The notes under the pieces are model-generated. The model was given only the letters and a program-made list of their open reading frames with translations, had not been told where the DNA came from and made no database searches. From contig NJBH01000016.1 of NCBI GenBank assembly GCA_005223125.1, positions 1 through 64,000 on the forward strand: 64,000 nt of DNA, written 5' to 3'. Every line of letters starts with the position of its first letter. The stretch's first letter is position 1. Positions 58,968 to 64,000 of the stretch are shown here, piece after piece. Both the position numbers and the translations under genes were made by a program. The stretch comes from Promethearchaeota archaeon Loki_b32. GTDB taxonomy: Archaea > Asgardarchaeota > Lokiarchaeia > Sigyniarchaeales > SOKP01.

Positions 58968-59966
58968 TCATGAATTTAGAAAATTGAGAGTAGCACCAAC
59001 TAATGCACACTCGTTTTTCTTTTGTGAATGTCCTCCTTTCTTTAATATAAGCAAATTTTTCTCTGGAGATTCTAAAATCATTTTATTTTCTTTAAAATTC
59101 TTGAATTTTATTACTCTGTCATTTATACAATGAATTAACATAACTTTCTTAGAGTAAATCTTCCAATCTTCTAATGTTAGTTCTTTTTTTGCAGTTTGTA
59201 TCAATGAGTAAGGAGATAACATTTTATTTTCCTCATCATTAGGGAACAATTTTACTCCTTTCATTAAGTAACTTAGCATTATAATAGGATTGTATTTCGG
59301 TATATTTTGCTTGTAATGTGACATTGAAGAAATTGCAACAATTTTTTCAATATTTCTATCTAAAAAACCTCCAGATAAAACTGTTATAGCACCTATGCTA
59401 AAACCAACACAAGAGATTTTCATATTTGAAAATTCTTCTTGATTTTTAACCCACTCAATTATTTTTTTAAAATCCTCAATTCTTTCTATAAAGTCACTTC
59501 TCTTTCCTGCTTTTTTAGATTTTCCCGTACCTCTAGCATCATAAGCTAAAACAACATAACCTTGATAAGCAAGCGGATAATAGAAATACTCAAGTGTTTC
59601 TTTCGTGTCAGAAAATCCATGACAGACTATAACTAGAGTATTTTTTAATTTAATTTTTGCTTGATTCTGATTCTTTACCAAATTTGCTGATAAGAGTCCA
59701 TTAGAAACATTTATTTTTGTGTTTGATACTTTTAAATCTTTTAAATAAAGTTTTGGCCAACGATCGAACCAGAGATCTCTAAAGGACCAGTAAATCTCAA
59801 AAGGAGTATAAACAATTAAGAAGGTGGTTAATGATAATAAAAAACAACTTGAAAAAGCAGTTGTATAACATGGATTTCCTAACGAAATATTTACTTCCCA
59901 GATGTACCAGCTAAATAATACATCAATAATGATTAATATAATGCGTTTATATGTATTTGAAAGCAA
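58968..59966 (-). CDS. Membrane-anchored alpha/beta hydrolase
   Basis: Two N-terminal TMs, CHGF, YDARGTGKS, GFSIGA, IHC-ND, GGH. Confidence 0.88.
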   Translation of the reverse strand: MLSNTYKRIILIIIDVLFSWYIWEVNISLGNPCYTTAFSSCFLLSLTTFLIVYTPFEIYWSFRDLWFDRWPKLYLKDLKVSNTKINVSNGLLSANLVKNQNQAKIKLKNTLVIVCHGFSDTKETLEYFYYPLAYQGYVVLAYDARGTGKSKKAGKRSDFIERIEDFKKIIEWVKNQEEFSNMKISCVGFSIGAITVLSGGFLDRNIEKIVAISSMSHYKQNIPKYNPIIMLSYLMKGVKLFPNDEENKMLSPYSLIQTAKKELTLEDWKIYSKKVMLIHCINDRVIKFKNFKENKMILESPEKNLLILKKGGHSQKKNECALVGATLNFLNS

Positions 59967-60037
59967 AATTTTCCACTAAAAAATATATTCAAGAATAACT
60001 TAAGCAATTAAATAATAAAAAAAATAAAATGTTATTT

Positions 60038-60355
60038 TTATGGCTTTTTTGGTTTTGGACACCCATGATCATGGGCAATTTTACAATCTGGTTTACTTTT
60101 TAAACCCGGGCAAGGTTTACATTTGACATCTCGTAACATTTTAACAACATCATCGACTTCCATACCTAATTCCTCATCTTCATCTTCGTCTTGCAACATA
60201 TCATCTTTGATTTTACTAAGATCATAATCTAAATCTTCTTCCAAATTATCATTCCAATCATCTAGATCTATCACTTCATCTCCATCTTCATCCTTTTTTC
60301 CATCAGGAATTTCATAATCTTCATCTTCACTTGGAACTCTCTTTTTTTTCGCCAT
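60038..60355 (-). CDS. Small highly acidic protein with C-terminal Cys/His cluster
   Basis: D/E-rich core; CKPC...C...HDHGC; basic termini. Confidence 0.75.
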   Translation of the reverse strand: MAKKKRVPSEDEDYEIPDGKKDEDGDEVIDLDDWNDNLEEDLDYDLSKIKDDMLQDEDEDEELGMEVDDVVKMLRDVKCKPCPGLKSKPDCKIAHDHGCPKPKKP

Positions 60356-60473
60356 AGTTCTTACTCACAATTTTAATTGATTTTTACTTGGTAATTTTTT
60401 AAATATATAATCTTTGTTAAAATTTAATTTTATTTCGATTTTACAATAAGAAAAATTAAATTAAAATTGCCTT

Positions 60474-62570
60474 TTAACTGAAATCGTTTTTTAGTATATC
60501 ATCTAATTGATTTATTAAACCTATATTATTGTGTAATCGGTTATATAATTTTTTTATTTTGGTTAAAATAGAATCTAATTCATTTAATGAATAGACTTTA
60601 TAATTACCTATATCAAATCGAGGAATTAAAAATTTAAATGGAATTTTTTGTGGTTCTATATTTAAATCTAATAAATCTCTTAATAAATAATAATCTAAAT
60701 TAGACTCTAAGAAAAATTCATCTAAAAACAATAATTTCACTAAGGAATTGCTTAATCTTTTAAAAAATTTAAGATAAATTTGTATTTGATTATAGTATTT
60801 ATTGTTAAATCTCTCTAATTCAGGATTTTTTACAATTTCAGACTCTTTTGAGTCAAGATCATATATTAATTGTGAAAGCAGTTGTAGGATTTTTCCCAAT
60901 TGTGATAAAAACAAAGGAAATTTACTTGGTAATGGTAATCTTTTAATAAAGCTACCATTGAATCTTAGATAACCTCCAGCCATATGTAATGTACTAAACA
61001 GTGTTTTAAACACCAAGTCTAATAAGTTTGAATTTAGAATGGTTAAAAGCCCGAATAATTGATCAGTATTAAACGAATCAATCTTTATAAAATAAAGACC
61101 TGTTATATTGGTAAATATCCCCGGATCGTAACAGCATGTTAAACATTTCGCGATTTCCCTAAAGATTAGTTTTTCGCAACTAAGAGCGCTCCAAATATGT
61201 TCAAAACTAGTATTATAATTAAAAAATGAAATTTCAATATCTTTCCCCGCAATTTTTATTCTTTTGTTAAATTTGACATGATATTTTTCAATATTTCCTG
61301 TTCCAATTAATAACAAATCATTATCAGATTGGCGTTCATCACTTACATTATCAAAGTGTTTTCTATATTTTAAAAAACCAAATGGTCGATATATGATTTT
61401 TAAATCTTTAACAGTTTCAGCAAAGGTTTTAAAGTTTTTAAATAGATATGTGATTAATTTAATATTTCCTGAGATTGGAATTACATTAGAAGGAAATTTA
61501 TGAATTACGTTTTGATGGAATTTTATAGTTCTAATATTACTATTTTCAAGTAATTCATCCATACCATTGAAGATTCTAACATTTACCTCTTGTTCCTCAC
61601 TTTGTTTACCTTTTTTTAAAGTTAGGATAATAGGATATGTAGCTGTATTTTGAAATATTGGTATTGACGAGATATTTACGATTTCTTTAATTTCTGATTC
61701 ATTTAATAATAGTTTTCTGATTTTAATACCATAATCTGCAGATAAGAATTTATTAGGTAAAATAAATGAGAGATATCCATTATTTTTTAATAATTCTAAA
61801 GATCTCTCAATAAATATTATTGAAAGGTCAAATAAACGAAACGCTGTTTTAAATCTTTTAGTTATTTTTTTCTTAAATTCTATATCTTTAATCTTTTTAT
61901 TTTCTACATAAGGAGGATTTCCAATTATTATATCGAATTTGTCAGACCTAAATTCTAAGAGAAAATCAAAGTTGAAAATATTAAATTTTAAATCGAATTT
62001 ATCAATAATTTGGTTAAAATTTGTAAGGTTTAGACTCTTTAAGTCTATATTATGAAGGATAGATAGGTCCACATTAGTAGATATAAGCCATTTTATTAAC
62101 CTCAATTTTGAGATAATATAAGCAGAGTTATCAATTTCAATTCCATAAAGATTTTTCTGAATTATTGCTTTTTTTATATCATAATCAGATAATTCTGGGT
62201 TTAAAATTCGATATAATTGATATAATTTTTCAGCTATAGTTATCAAAAATCTCCCAGAACCACAGGAGGGGTCCAAAATCCTTATATTTTTAATTTTTTT
62301 AATTAAATTCTCTTTCACTTTCTGATTTTTTATTTTTAAAGGAATTATTCCGTCTAAATTCTTTAAGTTTTTATTTAGATTTTGAAAATCTATGATTTTT
62401 TCATAGTAAATTCTGAAAATATTAGAGACAATATAATCTACAAGTTCTTTTGGAGTATAAATTATCCCTAGACTGCGACTAACTTCTTTTTCAAGAAATT
62501 TTTTATTTTCAAAATTTTCAATATGCTTCTCAATATAGGTTAATAACTTATGAGTCAGTGATTCTTCCAT
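60474..62570 (-). CDS. N6-adenine DNA methyltransferase (Eco57I/TaqI-like), no adjacent nuclease
   Basis: YTPKELV, ILDPSCGSGRFL, YGIEID, IIGNPPY, LPNKFL, TaqI-C-like tail (ILNS, GGYLRF, LPLP). Confidence 0.9.
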   Translation of the reverse strand: MEESLTHKLLTYIEKHIENFENKKFLEKEVSRSLGIIYTPKELVDYIVSNIFRIYYEKIIDFQNLNKNLKNLDGIIPLKIKNQKVKENLIKKIKNIRILDPSCGSGRFLITIAEKLYQLYRILNPELSDYDIKKAIIQKNLYGIEIDNSAYIISKLRLIKWLISTNVDLSILHNIDLKSLNLTNFNQIIDKFDLKFNIFNFDFLLEFRSDKFDIIIGNPPYVENKKIKDIEFKKKITKRFKTAFRLFDLSIIFIERSLELLKNNGYLSFILPNKFLSADYGIKIRKLLLNESEIKEIVNISSIPIFQNTATYPIILTLKKGKQSEEQEVNVRIFNGMDELLENSNIRTIKFHQNVIHKFPSNVIPISGNIKLITYLFKNFKTFAETVKDLKIIYRPFGFLKYRKHFDNVSDERQSDNDLLLIGTGNIEKYHVKFNKRIKIAGKDIEISFFNYNTSFEHIWSALSCEKLIFREIAKCLTCCYDPGIFTNITGLYFIKIDSFNTDQLFGLLTILNSNLLDLVFKTLFSTLHMAGGYLRFNGSFIKRLPLPSKFPLFLSQLGKILQLLSQLIYDLDSKESEIVKNPELERFNNKYYNQIQIYLKFFKRLSNSLVKLLFLDEFFLESNLDYYLLRDLLDLNIEPQKIPFKFLIPRFDIGNYKVYSLNELDSILTKIKKLYNRLHNNIGLINQLDDILKNDFS

Positions 62571-62673
62571 CTAAATATAACTTTTAATCTTAATTTCCTT
62601 TATTTATAAAAACATTAGAAACTATAATAAAAATAATTGACCTAATATAATAAAGTTAAAACATACTATTATC

Positions 62674-63582
62674 TTGAACTTTGATTTGAATGAAATCTCA
62701 CTTTTACCAAATTTAATAAACAAACCAGAAAACATCTCAAAATTGAAGATTGATGAAATCTCAAAAATATTAAAGACAGTTAAAAATATTTTGGAAGAGG
62801 AAAATTTACTCATAAAATTCAGTATTAAAGAAAAAGCTGAGGAAGTTTATGTGATAGGTGATATCCATGGAAACTTAGAAACACTAATGAAATTAGTCGA
62901 AATCATTAATAAAAATAACCCTAAAATCATCATTTTTTTAGGAGATATCGTTGATCGAGGACCAAAACAATTTGAGTGTTTATTAATTGTTTTAGCTTTA
63001 AAGATTCTTTATCCATCCAGATATTATTTTTTAAGAGGAAATCATGAAACCGTAGAAATGAATCAAATTTATGGTTTTTTTCAAGATTTTATTCATAGAT
63101 TCAATGATAAAATTAATTTCAATGAGATTTTAAACATTTACAATGTACTTCCATTATGCGCGTTAATTAATGAAACAATTCTATGTCTACATGGAGGAAT
63201 TCCGCAAGATATTGATATCTTAAAGAGACTAGAGGATCTTAAAGGAAAAGATTTCAATAGAGTATTTAAATCAATAGAACAAGGAATAGTTCAAATTATG
63301 TGGAATGATCCCAAAGATGGATTAACAGGTTTTTCAAATAGTTTTAGAGGTCCAGGAATTAAATTCTATGGAATCGAAGCTTTTGGGAATTTTATGAAAG
63401 CAAATAACCTTAAATATCTTATAAGAGCACATGAATGTTTTCCTGAAGGATATAGATGGTTCTTTAATAAAAGATTATTATCGATATTTACTTCTGCGAA
63501 TTATAGAGGATTTTATGCTCCAAACCCAGCATCTTATGCTGTTATCAAAAATAATGAAATAATTCCAAAATTTATAGAATAG
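62674..63582 (+). CDS. PPP-family Ser/Thr protein phosphatase
   Basis: GDIHG, GDIVDRG, LRGNHE, HGG, WNDP, RG-G, IRAHE, FTSANY. Confidence 0.93.
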   Translation: MNFDLNEISLLPNLINKPENISKLKIDEISKILKTVKNILEEENLLIKFSIKEKAEEVYVIGDIHGNLETLMKLVEIINKNNPKIIIFLGDIVDRGPKQFECLLIVLALKILYPSRYYFLRGNHETVEMNQIYGFFQDFIHRFNDKINFNEILNIYNVLPLCALINETILCLHGGIPQDIDILKRLEDLKGKDFNRVFKSIEQGIVQIMWNDPKDGLTGFSNSFRGPGIKFYGIEAFGNFMKANNLKYLIRAHECFPEGYRWFFNKRLLSIFTSANYRGFYAPNPASYAVIKNNEIIPKFIE

Positions 63583-63665
63583 TCAATTAATTTCTGAATG
63601 AAGATTTCTCTATTTTAAGAAATATAGTCTAAATGAAGATTAAATTAATACGAAAATTTCTTTAT

Positions 63666-63929
63666 TTATGTGATTTGAGTGGCATCTGGTTTTATGAAGA
63701 GAAGATTATTCCCACGGATGAAAATTTCATTATATTTAGCCACAGGCGTGCCTTCTAACAATTCAGTGCAATCTTCTAAGATGAGATTCATGTATGCGTC
63801 GATTTCCTTTAATAATCCCCTATATTCCGTTCCATCTTTTAATCTGAGTAAAATTATTGAGCTTTGAGCTGCTTGAAGGATAGATAAAGGGTTTTTTGAC
63901 CTTTGTTGATTATTGTTTCGACTTGACAT
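63666..63929 (-). CDS. Sm-like (LSm/SmAP) RNA-binding protein
   Basis: PL--L, LKDG-EYRGLL--D-YMNLILEDC-E, IFIRGNNLLFI. Confidence 0.95.
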   Translation of the reverse strand: MSSRNNNQQRSKNPLSILQAAQSSIILLRLKDGTEYRGLLKEIDAYMNLILEDCTELLEGTPVAKYNEIFIRGNNLLFIKPDATQIT

Positions 63930-64000
63930 TTTAAATTAACAAAATTATTATTATATTTATTGAAAAGATAATTTAAAGATAGAATTATTTAAATTAAAAC

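Noticed and set aside
1-64000. tRNA, rRNA, integrase or transposase genes
   Set aside because: No cloverleaf-like or rRNA-like GC-rich segment in intergenic regions and no recombinase or transposase motifs in the ORF set by inspection; tRNAscan-SE, Infernal and HMM searches would be needed to exclude them formally

Overview
AT-rich archaeal genome segment. Gene content (five Ras/Arf/Rag/MglA-type small-GTPase-like genes, a GPP34/GOLPH3-like gene, archaeal rpoD-rpl18e-rpl13-rps9, group II chaperonin, Sm-like protein) points to an Asgard archaeon, most likely Lokiarchaeia; this is inferred, not database-checked. The first ~1.1 kb is GC-richer, starts with a GA microsatellite-like tract, has no credible genes and looks like foreign (probably eukaryotic) or misassembled sequence. 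About 1.4-18 kb is an accessory zone of small membrane proteins, pseudogenes and apparently imported genes. It is centred on two divergent small hypothetical genes (9447-9716 and 10308-10649) separated by a ~590 bp spacer rich in TTTTCGGTCA-like and GATC motifs. The most striking structure is downstream of the 113-aa gene: four degenerate copies of its own 3' end recur at 0.6-1.3 kb intervals. They differ mostly at synonymous positions, and three of them, like the intact gene end, are followed by a single oppositely oriented cargo gene. This looks like an integrase-less gene-cassette array. A second, unrelated ~45-bp repeat separates single genes at 6.9-8.3 kb. 20-33 kb holds an hdrC-hdrB-hdrA(split)-mvhD-hdrA/mvhD-metV-metF-Lrp operon with a divergent FrhB/FdhB-like gene, a candidate F420-linked, flavin-bifurcating methylene-THF reductase complex. 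The rest is mostly core genome (pckG, thermosome, trpS, trmI, glyA, rpoD, r-proteins, aroA, aroC, Clp1-type kinase, circularly permuted ATP-grasp ligase, orphan adenine methyltransferase, PPP phosphatase, Sm-like protein). No rRNA, tRNA, CRISPR array, integrase or transposase was recognised.
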